IMG/VR virus record: IMGVR_UViG_3300042484_001283
Location: 1-54,667 of that record
Reading direction: 5' to 3' (one strand)
From: a virus
Taxonomy: Duplodnaviria > Caudoviricetes
DNA length: 54,667 bases
Numbering within the stretch: the stretch's first letter is position 1; each line of letters begins with the position of its first letter. Of this stretch, positions 19,225-28,569 are shown piece after piece. A model generated the notes under the pieces. That model did no database searches. It saw only the letters and a program-made list of their open reading frames with translations, and had not been told where the DNA came from. The position numbers and the translations under genes were made by a program.

Positions 19225-19378
19225 GTAGGAATGTGTTAGGATTTTTGAAATCATAATACACGGGGTCTGCCTTTGGGTCTTCTAACGTGTAGAGTTCCTG
19301 TTCCACTTGGAAAAAATGAGATCGAGGCACACACTCGTTTTCGTCTTGTTCCTGGTCATGAATAGATGTACTCATCAT
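19187..19378 (-). CDS. Hypothetical protein
   Basis: Coupled by a 4-nt overlap to 19375..19608; overlaps the cyclase 3' end. Confidence 0.45.
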   Translation of the reverse strand: MMSTSIHDQEQDENECVPRSHFFQVEQELYTLEDPKADPVYYDFKNPNTFLLTWSLHDIPRRS

Positions 19379-19608
19379 GCTACTACCTTTTCATCAATCA
19401 TGTCGCTCTTCAGCGACTGTTTCCAATCCAACTTACGACGAAGAAACTCTTCGAACGATTTATAACAGGGGATACCATTCGCCTCCAACTCAAGATTGGT
19501 TTCGAGAAAATCCTCGGCGATATATCCCCAACCATTCCACTCATAACCAAGAGTGTCCAATAGAGTTTCTGCTTCATCAGAAATTTGGAATTCGCTTATA
19601 TCAATCAT
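19375..19608 (-). CDS. Hypothetical acidic early protein
   Basis: GGAG SD and its own sigma70 promoter. Confidence 0.75.
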   Translation of the reverse strand: MIDISEFQISDEAETLLDTLGYEWNGWGYIAEDFLETNLELEANGIPCYKSFEEFLRRKLDWKQSLKSDMIDEKVVA

Positions 19609-19633
19609 TTTTCTTCTCCATCATAATATTACC

Positions 19634-19662
19634 ACTATACCCTGTTTCTAAGAAAAAGTCAA
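19634..19662 (-). promoter_or_regulatory. Sigma70-type early promoter
   Basis: Minus strand GC-TTGACT-N17(...CAGGG)-TATAGT. Confidence 0.8.
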
Positions 19663-19679
19663 GCTCTTATTTTTCTTTT

Positions 19680-19967
19680 TTAAATATATTTCAAAAGTGG
19701 GTCGGTCGTTTTGACTTTTCCTGCCTGAATTTCGTACTCTAGTCGGTTTTGAATGGTTTCTGTACCGTCTAACTCTTCTATCGTGATCGTGGTCTCGTTG
19801 GCTCTTCTAAGCCAAGAAACTCGGTCTCTATCTTTTTCGAATTTGCGTTGCCGCTGTTCGAATTTTCCTAATTTTTCTATCTGCGCTCTAAGGTTTTTAT
19901 ATTCCTCGTGATGCTCGAACATTTCGGCGATTTCTAGGTCTTGAAAAAGGTTATAAAGATCGGTCAT
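19680..19967 (-). CDS. Hypothetical early protein
   Basis: AGGAG SD. Confidence 0.75.
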   Translation of the reverse strand: MTDLYNLFQDLEIAEMFEHHEEYKNLRAQIEKLGKFEQRQRKFEKDRDRVSWLRRANETTITIEELDGTETIQNRLEYEIQAGKVKTTDPLLKYI

Positions 19968-19977
19968 TTTTTTCTCC

Positions 19978-20196
19978 TTACTTTCCCGCTTTTAAAAATT
20001 GGTTGAGTTCTTCTTCTGTTAAATGAGGAATACCTAGTTCTTCTTCTTTTAAATATATAAAAAGGTCGGTTTCAAAATAACTAATTTCTGCGTCGGTTGC
20101 TTCGTTAATATCTTGGGTCGGAAAATCGTACCCTTTGCTGATCGCTTCCTTTTTATAGTCTAAAATAAATTTAATGCTTTTTTCGCGTTCGGTCAT
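19978..20196 (-). CDS. Hypothetical early protein
   Basis: AGGAG SD with a promoter upstream. Confidence 0.75.
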   Translation of the reverse strand: MTEREKSIKFILDYKKEAISKGYDFPTQDINEATDAEISYFETDLFIYLKEEELGIPHLTEEELNQFLKAGK

Positions 20197-20215
20197 TTCG
20201 TTCTCCTATTATTCT

Positions 20216-20244
20216 ATTATGCCTGAAAACGCCTCAAAAGTCAA
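20216..20244 (-). promoter_or_regulatory. Sigma70-type early promoter (divergent pair)
   Basis: Minus strand GGGGC-TTGACT-N17-CATAAT. Confidence 0.75.
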
Positions 20245-20277
20245 GCCCCTATTTTTAAAAATAGTATCTTTTTTCTA

Positions 20278-20306
20278 TTGACTTTTTTCTCGATAGCAGG
20301 TATAAT
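20278..20306 (+). promoter_or_regulatory. Sigma70-type early promoter (divergent pair)
   Basis: TTGACT-N17-TATAAT. Confidence 0.85.
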
Positions 20307-20337
20307 GACTATGTCGTCTATGAAAAGGAATTTTATT

Positions 20338-20742
20338 ATGTCTATGCATCTTATGTCACCAGCGTTCACCACCACTAGCACTCGCAAGCGCAAAGGTGCA
20401 AATAAGGGTGTAACTGGTAGGTATGCGCAGGATTGGGTCGAGCACAACAAGCAGATGAAGCGGATCGGGGTCAAAACCAAAACGTTCGACGAATATGTTC
20501 TGTATCGTCAGGGCAAATATAAACCTGTTCTCCGTGGCACTCCTATGCCTGAACCGTATGTCTCAAAGCACCGCGAACTTTATAAATCAGGTGGTACTGG
20601 TGTTGGTGTTGGTTTCAAGAAAGAAGAAAATACGTATACTGGCACTCTGATCAAGGGTATCGCCACTATGCATAAGTCCAATGCTGTTCCTGTCATTGAC
20701 CAAAAACAAATGGAAGAAATTTCGAGGATGCGTCGTGGTTGA
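20338..20742 (+). CDS. Conserved basic phage protein
   Basis: AAGGAA SD; C-terminal YTGTLIKGIATMHKSNAVPV motif recalled from T4-like phages. Confidence 0.75.
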   Translation: MSMHLMSPAFTTTSTRKRKGANKGVTGRYAQDWVEHNKQMKRIGVKTKTFDEYVLYRQGKYKPVLRGTPMPEPYVSKHRELYKSGGTGVGVGFKKEENTYTGTLIKGIATMHKSNAVPVIDQKQMEEISRMRRG

Positions 20743-21328
20743 ATTTGATATTGTAATGAAGTGGATGGAATACATCCGCAACAATCCAGATAATGCGCAT
20801 AGATTCTCAGAGAACTTCTGGTCCAGTCAGATCGAGAGTAAGAAGTGGTTGCTCGAATGTATTCCCGAGAATACAAAATCTATCGTTATATTCGGCGGTT
20901 GGTATGGTATTCTGGCACAGTTTATTGCTGAGCGGTATCCTGATACTCTTATCTTAACAACAGATCTCGATTCTAATTGTGAACCTGTATTTGACCAAAT
21001 CAATCTCAGTAGAAATATTAAATACCAACAACATGATATGAGAAATGGTATGCCTCGTCTGCCCCTGAGCATGTCATCAATAGTGGACCTTGTGATTAAC
21101 ACCAGTAGTGAACATGTAACACAAGATGTTTATGATGCATGGTGGGACTCTCTTATTCCTGGGACTAAATACATAGTCCAAGGAAATAATCTAGTTAATC
21201 CTGAGCATGTTCGTCTTGCCGATAATCTAGAAGAATTCCTAACGATCAACAGAATCAAAGATCCAGAATACGCTGGTATGTTGAAGTGTGGGCATTTTTA
21301 TAGGTTCATGGCGACAGGTATCAAATAA
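20735..21328 (+). CDS. Class I SAM-dependent methyltransferase-like protein
   Basis: IVIFGGWYG (motif I), TTDLD, DLVINTSSEH; GAGGA SD before GTG 20735. Confidence 0.7.
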   Translation: MVEFDIVMKWMEYIRNNPDNAHRFSENFWSSQIESKKWLLECIPENTKSIVIFGGWYGILAQFIAERYPDTLILTTDLDSNCEPVFDQINLSRNIKYQQHDMRNGMPRLPLSMSSIVDLVINTSSEHVTQDVYDAWWDSLIPGTKYIVQGNNLVNPEHVRLADNLEEFLTINRIKDPEYAGMLKCGHFYRFMATGIK

Positions 21329-22752
21329 TGAGTGATGGTGCACACGAAGAGCATAATCTAGATGTTCATTCAGTAGATTCATATTGGAATTTTCTTAAAG
21401 AGAAACGTGAAGAAATTAACAAAGTAAGTCCTACATTCTGCGCCGCAAAATGGAAACAATCCACAATTCTTTTGTATAATGGTGAGACTCATAGTTGTCA
21501 CCATCCCTCCAGACACAAAATAACTTTAGAAGATATTAAGGATAATCCAAGAGGTATCCACAATACTGCAGTAAAAAGGGCAGCACGTATTGACATGCTC
21601 AATGGTATACAAACCAAAGAATGTGACTATTGTTGGAAGATCGAAAATCTAAACAAAGATTGGATGAGTGATCGGATATACAAATCTACATATTCGTGGG
21701 CGCTCCCGCACATTGAAGACATTGTAAAATCTGGCGATGGAGCGAATATTGATCCTTCGTATCTAGAAGTTGCGTTTGAATCCACGTGCAATTTTAAATG
21801 TGTATATTGTAGTCCAGAAAGTTCTTCTAGATGGCAAGAAGAAATCGAAACTCATGGACCAATAGAACTAGAAGATTTTAAATTACACGATCTTGGCTGG
21901 TTGAAGGAAGTTGGAAAACTTCCAATTCATTATAAAGAACAAAATCCATATATTGATGCTTTTTGGAAGTGGTGGCCTGAATTATATCCAAATTTACATA
22001 CATTTAGAATTACTGGTGGCGAACCTTTACTCAGTAAACACACATGGAAAGTTCTTGATTATATTGCGGAGAACCCAAATCCTAATTTGACGCTCGCGAT
22101 CAATACTAATCTCAATGTTCCTGATAAGTTGGTTGAGAAAATGGTGGAATACATCAATAGAATCTCTTGCAATATTAAATTGTTTGATGTATATACATCA
22201 CTAGAGAGCACTGGTAAACATGCCGAGTATTCTAGATTTGGTATGCAATTTGATGAGTTTAAGAAGAACTGTAAGTATGTTCTAGATAATACACCGAATA
22301 CAACACGGTTGCATTATATGACAACCATAAACTTAACAAGCGCACCAACTCTCCTGGAATACTTGGAATATATCAGAGAAATGCGATTGAAATACTACGG
22401 CAAGATACATGAATTTAGAGTAAGAACTCACTTATCGTATCTTCGCTGGCCTCGAATGTTGTGTTTGACATTATTGTCAGATGAAGATAAACAGAAGTAT
22501 GGTGATTTGTGGATAGACTATGTTGAAGAACATAAATTAACTTCAAAGAAATCCATTCAAGAAACCTTCTATTTGGAAGAAGTCGATCAAGTAAGAAGAT
22601 TGGTTGATTACATGAGATCTACAAAAGAACCACAATCACTATATAAAGACTTCAGAAATTATACTCGAACTTTGGATAAACGAAGGAAGACATCATTCGT
22701 CGATACTTTTCCAGAACTTGCATATTTAATGGATGATAACTATTATGGATGA
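21328..22752 (+). CDS. Radical SAM protein with an N-terminal SPASM/twitch-like Cys domain (1)
   Basis: CNFKCVYC, ITGGEP, NTN; N-terminal FCAAKW, SCHH, ECDYCW. Confidence 0.9.
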   Translation: MSDGAHEEHNLDVHSVDSYWNFLKEKREEINKVSPTFCAAKWKQSTILLYNGETHSCHHPSRHKITLEDIKDNPRGIHNTAVKRAARIDMLNGIQTKECDYCWKIENLNKDWMSDRIYKSTYSWALPHIEDIVKSGDGANIDPSYLEVAFESTCNFKCVYCSPESSSRWQEEIETHGPIELEDFKLHDLGWLKEVGKLPIHYKEQNPYIDAFWKWWPELYPNLHTFRITGGEPLLSKHTWKVLDYIAENPNPNLTLAINTNLNVPDKLVEKMVEYINRISCNIKLFDVYTSLESTGKHAEYSRFGMQFDEFKKNCKYVLDNTPNTTRLHYMTTINLTSAPTLLEYLEYIREMRLKYYGKIHEFRVRTHLSYLRWPRMLCLTLLSDEDKQKYGDLWIDYVEEHKLTSKKSIQETFYLEEVDQVRRLVDYMRSTKEPQSLYKDFRNYTRTLDKRRKTSFVDTFPELAYLMDDNYYG

Positions 22753-24070
22753 TAGATTACTTCAATTCAGAAATAGTATACTAAATTCTAAATCTTCATC
22801 GTTTTGTGGCGCGAAATGGGGAAATAGTACTCTGTGGTTGGGCAGCGGAGAAACCAGCAGTTGTCATCTTCCTCCTGTCCATAAAATAGACCCAGAGCAA
22901 ATTTTATTAGATCCAGCAAAACTGCATAATACCGATCACAAAATAAAAATGCGACAGCTTATGAAGGATGGACATAAACCTTCTGAGTGTGATTACTGCT
23001 GGAAAATTGAAAGTATGGGAACTGATTATATTTCAGATCGTGTCTTTAAATCTCTACAGTTTACACCAGAAGAAATGCAAGAATGGTTCGATAAACCAGT
23101 AGATGCTCGTATTATTCCACCTACATTAGAAGTTATGTTCGATCGAACCTGTAATTTTGCATGCAGTTATTGTAATGCAAATTTCAGCACAACGTGGGAA
23201 CGAGACATAAAGAAACACGGTAACTATGATCTTGAGACTTCTGGTGGAGGAGCATTTAAACATGACGGTACCCAAAATAATTGCTATGAGAAAACAGAAA
23301 ATCCATACATCAAAGCATTTTGGGAATGGTGGCCAGAACTTAGTAAAGAACTTCGCACACTAAGAGTTACTGGTGGTGAACCATTAATGAGCACAGATGT
23401 CTGGAAATTGATTGACTTGTTTGCAGAAGAGAAATATCCTTTCGAATTAGGAATCAATACAAATCTCGGGGCAAAAAAATCTATCATAGATAAACTGATA
23501 CAGAGATCGCACGACATTAACAAACTTACTCTCTTTACGAGCATGGAAACTACAGGTGCGCAAGCAGAGTATATTCGCGATGGGTTGCATTATGAATCCT
23601 GGTGTGATAATGTTGAGCGGATTCTTGCAGAATCTAATGTCAAACGTATTGTTGTTATGATGACGATTAATGCATTGTGCTTGTTCAATATTACTGATTT
23701 TATGGATCAAGTTATGGTTTGGAAACGGAAATATCGAAATCGTATTAGTATGAGTATTAATTTCCTGCGGTTTCCTGCGTTTCAAAGTTTGACAGTTTTA
23801 CCTGATGGACTGAGAGAAAAATCGTATCAACAACTTTCTGGCTGGTACGAAGTTAATCGTGATGATCCAAATCTCATGTTCACAGAGAAAAGTGATATTG
23901 AAAGATTAATTTCTTATGTCGATGTTATTGAAACACCACATTCCTATGACACTGATCTTGAGAAAAATCGCAAAGATTTTAAAAAGTTTTATACACAATA
24001 TAGTTCTCGCAGAAATAAACCACTTGATGTATTTCCACAGGAGTTTTTACAATGGTTCAACACTCTTTAA
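22745..24070 (+). CDS. Radical SAM protein with an N-terminal SPASM/twitch-like Cys domain (2)
   Basis: CNFACSYC, VTGGEP; FCGAKW, SCHL, ECDYCW; close paralogue of (1). Confidence 0.9.
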   Translation: MDDRLLQFRNSILNSKSSSFCGAKWGNSTLWLGSGETSSCHLPPVHKIDPEQILLDPAKLHNTDHKIKMRQLMKDGHKPSECDYCWKIESMGTDYISDRVFKSLQFTPEEMQEWFDKPVDARIIPPTLEVMFDRTCNFACSYCNANFSTTWERDIKKHGNYDLETSGGGAFKHDGTQNNCYEKTENPYIKAFWEWWPELSKELRTLRVTGGEPLMSTDVWKLIDLFAEEKYPFELGINTNLGAKKSIIDKLIQRSHDINKLTLFTSMETTGAQAEYIRDGLHYESWCDNVERILAESNVKRIVVMMTINALCLFNITDFMDQVMVWKRKYRNRISMSINFLRFPAFQSLTVLPDGLREKSYQQLSGWYEVNRDDPNLMFTEKSDIERLISYVDVIETPHSYDTDLEKNRKDFKKFYTQYSSRRNKPLDVFPQEFLQWFNTL

Positions 24071-25245
24071 GGAATGATGGGTATTGCGCCCTGCCATTCA
24101 ATCACATGAATCTTCATCCTAATGGAAATGTTTCTATCTGTTGTGTCTCTAAGATGAGTGGACCAGATAGTGGTTTCGCTAAAGATAAATACGGAAAAAT
24201 ACTAAATCTAAAAACGAATACACTCGAAGAAATTTTCAATAGTCATTCTACAAACAAAGTTCGAGATCAAATGTTGACACAACAGTATCCTTCTGCGTGT
24301 GAGGGTTGTTATAAGATTGAACAACATGGAGGAAAGTCTCGTCGAATAACGGAGAATAACCGATGGGAAAATGTTGAGAAACCTCAATTAGAGTTTCTAG
24401 ATATTCGTTTGAGTAATCTTTGTAACTTAAAGTGTTTGATGTGTTATCCAGATTCTAGTTCTTCTCTTGTATCTGATTATAAAGAATGGTCTGATCAACT
24501 TCCGTTCGTGCCGAAAAACAATGCTGATTACGATTTATTCCAGTGGTTTGATGAAAGTATAATCGACCAACTCTATGCATACAAAGATTCATTAAAATAT
24601 CTTTATATTAATGGCGGCGAACCTTTTATTATGCCAATGCAATGGAAATTGCTTGAAAAATTGATAGAATGGGATGTCGCTAAAAACATACACATCAGTT
24701 ATAATACTAATTGCACAACGTATTCGGATTCATTCAGTGATTACTGGAAACACTTTAAGGTGGTAACTCTTGGTTGTAGCATGGACGCAGTCGGAGACAA
24801 GAACAAGTTTATTCGGTATCCAAATGATTGGGATCGGTCTAACGAAAATATTAGAAAATTATTAGAAAATCCATATATTGCAGCATTAAATATTACATGC
24901 AGTATCCAATGGTTAAATGCACCATTTCTTCCAGAGTTTTATGAATGGGCAGTTCCTTTGACCAAATTGAAACCACACACAACAATCAACCAAAATTTTA
25001 TTGTTTTTCCCGATTATCTTTCATTAAATTGTGCCTCTAAAGAATTCAAAAAAGAATTAATGCAACTCTATGAAGAGTCACCATACTCAAATTGGATTTT
25101 GACAGAAACGATGAAGTCGTACCTTCGTGTTGAATCGCAAAACGATTTACATTGGCAACAAGGCAATAAATATTTAGACGTTGTCCAACTCAGTAGAAAA
25201 ATGGGACCATGGAAAGATATATTCAATTATGACTATCAATACTGA
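24052..25245 (+). CDS. Radical SAM protein with an N-terminal SPASM/twitch-like Cys domain (3)
   Basis: CNLKCLMC, INGGEP; YCALPF, ICC, CEGC. Confidence 0.9.
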   Translation: MVQHSLRNDGYCALPFNHMNLHPNGNVSICCVSKMSGPDSGFAKDKYGKILNLKTNTLEEIFNSHSTNKVRDQMLTQQYPSACEGCYKIEQHGGKSRRITENNRWENVEKPQLEFLDIRLSNLCNLKCLMCYPDSSSSLVSDYKEWSDQLPFVPKNNADYDLFQWFDESIIDQLYAYKDSLKYLYINGGEPFIMPMQWKLLEKLIEWDVAKNIHISYNTNCTTYSDSFSDYWKHFKVVTLGCSMDAVGDKNKFIRYPNDWDRSNENIRKLLENPYIAALNITCSIQWLNAPFLPEFYEWAVPLTKLKPHTTINQNFIVFPDYLSLNCASKEFKKELMQLYEESPYSNWILTETMKSYLRVESQNDLHWQQGNKYLDVVQLSRKMGPWKDIFNYDYQY

Positions 25246-26518
25246 AAATAATAAAAGTATTTGTAAATATCCATGGGATCATAGTTACATCGGCTCGCAA
25301 TACGAGCGAAAACTTTGCTGTATATCAGATGACATTGTTTCGGAAGAAAAGACGGAAACCAAGGACTTCTGGAATTCTTCTGTAATGAAAGATGTTCGAA
25401 AAAAGATGATAGCAGGAGAAAAGATTGATGCCTGTTCAGTCTGTTATAAAAATGAAGAACAGAACATTGAATCTTTACGCCAACAGAGTTGGAGGGGTCA
25501 GCAGAGTGAAGAAGAAACAATTGCCGAAACCATAAGCAAAACGAATGATGATGGTTCTGCTTCAGTGCTTCCTACATATTTTGACTATCGAACAATACAT
25601 TGTAATCTGCAGTGTTTGAGTTGTGGACCAATATACAGTTCTAAGCATGCTTCACTATTTGCTGATATGTGGGATCGACGTCCTACAATGTGGCCTTCTG
25701 GTGAAGAATTTGTCATAGATTATACATTTGAAGATTCTATGGCAAAAGAAATTATTGATTGCTTAGACCAGCGAAGATTGACGAAGATTTATTGGGCTGG
25801 CGGCGAACCAATGATGTCGCATGTGCATTGGAAAGTGGTTGAAAAATTATTAGAAATTCAATCCGAAGATCCTGCATTTTTATATAATATCTTTATTCAT
25901 TATAACAGCAATCTGACTCGCCTTCACTGGAAGGGGAAACTAATACCCGAACTTCTAAAATTTTACCAACCAAGTATACAGGCAAGCCTAGATGGCACGC
26001 ATGAAACTTTTGAATTTTGTAGAGATGGCGCATCATGGGATACTGTTTCTGCCAACTGGAAAGAATACCATTCTAGACTAAACGAAAGAAACCAATTCGG
26101 TCTTTCTAGTGTTATGTCTGCTCCAGTTCTTATGGATATCGATAGGTGGTTTGAATTTTATGAACCGTATGATCCAGAACTTCACTCACATAAATTATTC
26201 AATCATATTAACAAACAGACTCAACAAGGATTCCTAGATATTCGGTTATACCCACAACATATTTTTGACCGAATACTTGATCATGCCATTAAACGGTTTG
26301 AAGAGTGTTCCTTGAGAGGAAAAGAAAGAACGATTGCAATATTAAAATCGTATAAATTGGACAAAAGCAATAACCCGATTTATTCGGATCCGGAAATGTT
26401 AAAACTGATGAAGAAAAACTGGCAACACAGAGAAAAGTTTCTTCTTGGAAAACACACCTTTGAGAGTCTAACTGCAATTATTGACCCAGAGGTAAGAGAT
26501 TGGTATCTATCAATATGA
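25229..26518 (+). CDS. Radical SAM protein with an N-terminal SPASM/twitch-like Cys domain (4)
   Basis: CNLQCLSC, WAGGEP; CKYPW, LCC, CSVC. Confidence 0.88.
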   Translation: MTINTENNKSICKYPWDHSYIGSQYERKLCCISDDIVSEEKTETKDFWNSSVMKDVRKKMIAGEKIDACSVCYKNEEQNIESLRQQSWRGQQSEEETIAETISKTNDDGSASVLPTYFDYRTIHCNLQCLSCGPIYSSKHASLFADMWDRRPTMWPSGEEFVIDYTFEDSMAKEIIDCLDQRRLTKIYWAGGEPMMSHVHWKVVEKLLEIQSEDPAFLYNIFIHYNSNLTRLHWKGKLIPELLKFYQPSIQASLDGTHETFEFCRDGASWDTVSANWKEYHSRLNERNQFGLSSVMSAPVLMDIDRWFEFYEPYDPELHSHKLFNHINKQTQQGFLDIRLYPQHIFDRILDHAIKRFEECSLRGKERTIAILKSYKLDKSNNPIYSDPEMLKLMKKNWQHREKFLLGKHTFESLTAIIDPEVRDWYLSI

Positions 26519-27660
26519 GCGAACCTAAAATTTATTGTCCGTCCATGTGGAAATCCGTGCACGTTGACACTGATGGTTACTTAACTCCATGCTGTCTTTT
26601 TATTCACAAAAAAGACAAAAAAAGCAAACTTGTGGATATAGAAAATGCAGAGACTATTCTGCAAGAAGAATTCCAGGAATATCGTGACCAACTATCACAA
26701 GGTATTTGGCCGAGCGGTTGTAACCAATGCAAATTCGCAGAGGAAGAAGGACGAGACAGTAAACGAACACAAGATATGTGGATGTTACATAATGGAACAA
26801 TGCTAACACCACCTGAAGAAGTTTCTCTTGAATATTTACAGTTAAAAACTGGAAGATTATGTAATCTCCGTTGCACAATATGCACTCCTGCATGTTCAAC
26901 TGCAATTGCAACCGAACTCTTGCGCGAAGGAAAATTGGACAGGTATACATACGATCGTTTAAACGAAGAGATTGCTTGGTCTTATGATGTAGAACAGTAT
27001 AAAAAATTGAATCCTGGTGAAACTGGATATTTCAGAATTGATATTGCAGGTGGCGAACCACTAATGAACAAGACACACTTTGAGTGGTTGGATCAATTAC
27101 CGAATCCAGAAAAAACAATATTGCTATACAATACGAATGGAACACAAAGACCCAGTAGAAAAGAAATTGATATTTGGAAAAAATTCAGGGGAATTATTCT
27201 ATCCTTCAGTATAGATTCTTATGGTGATAAGTTCGAGAAACTAAGAGTAGGTGCTAAGTGGGATCAAGTTTTAGATAATTTAAAATATTGTCAAGAAGAA
27301 ATTATATCAAAAGAATTTGATTTACACACATCAAACGTTTCTATCGTTATGACAGTAAGTAAGATGAACGTTAGAGACACAATTACTCTTTACAAGATAT
27401 TGAATCAATATGTGCGGTTTACTAATTCAAATCCGTTAAATTTCAACTACTTGTATTATCCTGATCATATGGCATGCCACAACATGTCACGAGAGGAACT
27501 GCAGGATGTAATTGCATTGTATGATGCTGAGATACCTTCTTTACCCGAAGAGGGTAAAATGCGAAAGCAGTGCGTGGATTTACGAAACAGTCTATTTTCA
27601 TTTTTGGATGGAAAAGAAGTGGACAATCCAAGACCAATGACAAGAGATCATAGAAAATGA
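26515..27660 (+). CDS. Radical SAM protein with an N-terminal SPASM/twitch-like Cys domain (5)
   Basis: CNLRCTIC, IAGGEP, NTNG; YCPSMW, PCC, CNQC; ATGA overlap. Confidence 0.9.
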   Translation: MSEPKIYCPSMWKSVHVDTDGYLTPCCLFIHKKDKKSKLVDIENAETILQEEFQEYRDQLSQGIWPSGCNQCKFAEEEGRDSKRTQDMWMLHNGTMLTPPEEVSLEYLQLKTGRLCNLRCTICTPACSTAIATELLREGKLDRYTYDRLNEEIAWSYDVEQYKKLNPGETGYFRIDIAGGEPLMNKTHFEWLDQLPNPEKTILLYNTNGTQRPSRKEIDIWKKFRGIILSFSIDSYGDKFEKLRVGAKWDQVLDNLKYCQEEIISKEFDLHTSNVSIVMTVSKMNVRDTITLYKILNQYVRFTNSNPLNFNYLYYPDHMACHNMSREELQDVIALYDAEIPSLPEEGKMRKQCVDLRNSLFSFLDGKEVDNPRPMTRDHRK

Positions 27661-28493
27661 AACTTGATGGAAAAACAAGATTAATTTCCTTTGGGTGTTC
27701 GTTTACTTCCGGAGCAGAATTGATAGACCATGAATTACTTGGGGTCAGTTTTGATGAGTGTAATAAAATGAAACATCAGTGGATTGCTGATAGAAAACCA
27801 ATGCATAAATTTGTAGACTATGTTTCACAGGTAGGTAAGATGACACCTGAAGAATATGTTAATGTTTCTTCTAAAAGAAGTTATGCTTCTAAATTGTCAG
27901 ATAAACTTGGGTTGGAACACGTCAATTATGCTGTTCCTGGTTCTGCAGTAGATCATATGGTTTTAGATTTATTTCGGGAGCACTATACTGGAAAGTTGAA
28001 TCCGAAAACAGACCTGATCTTTTTGGGGGTGACAACACCACATAGATACTTGTGTTTTTCACCAGAAAAAATGGGCATCCCTGTTTCTAGAGTTATGAGT
28101 GAGCGTGATTTTATATCGAGCGATTCGCATTATAATGACTATAAAACTATGCAAACTTATCTGTTTGCGCTGCAAAATTTTAAGAACTTTTGCATAGTAA
28201 ATAACTATCATTTTTATATGCAACCAATTTTACCAAAAGAACTTCTTTTTTACAATTACCCAAAATCAAAGCGTGGTAATATTTTTCCAGACATGCATGT
28301 TAACTGGCAATATTTACTGACATTCAATAAATTATTCCAAGAGTTACTAGATTTTAGTATTGATGCAAACTTATCTTTGTTTGATAGGTCTAACGAATGC
28401 GGGGTGGTGTGCGGGTTTAAACACCCACCTGAAAAAGCCCATGTGTTTTTTGCGGAGGCATTATATGATAAAATTATTAATACAAAAAATTAA
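27657..28493 (+). CDS. SGNH-like protein
   Basis: FGCSFTSG, NYAVPGS, C-terminal KHP. Confidence 0.6.
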   Translation: MKLDGKTRLISFGCSFTSGAELIDHELLGVSFDECNKMKHQWIADRKPMHKFVDYVSQVGKMTPEEYVNVSSKRSYASKLSDKLGLEHVNYAVPGSAVDHMVLDLFREHYTGKLNPKTDLIFLGVTTPHRYLCFSPEKMGIPVSRVMSERDFISSDSHYNDYKTMQTYLFALQNFKNFCIVNNYHFYMQPILPKELLFYNYPKSKRGNIFPDMHVNWQYLLTFNKLFQELLDFSIDANLSLFDRSNECGVVCGFKHPPEKAHVFFAEALYDKIINTKN

Positions 28494-28569
28494 AACTTTT
28501 TTTTTAAAAAGATCGCACATTCGCCGAATGAAGAAAATAAGAAAGTTAGATCCCTTTATTTATGATTGA
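28465..28569 (+). CDS. 34-aa basic peptide
   Basis: GGAGG SD; MIKLLIQKIKTFFLKRSHIRRMKKIRKLDPFIYD; overlaps both neighbours. Confidence 0.6.
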   Translation: MIKLLIQKIKTFFLKRSHIRRMKKIRKLDPFIYD

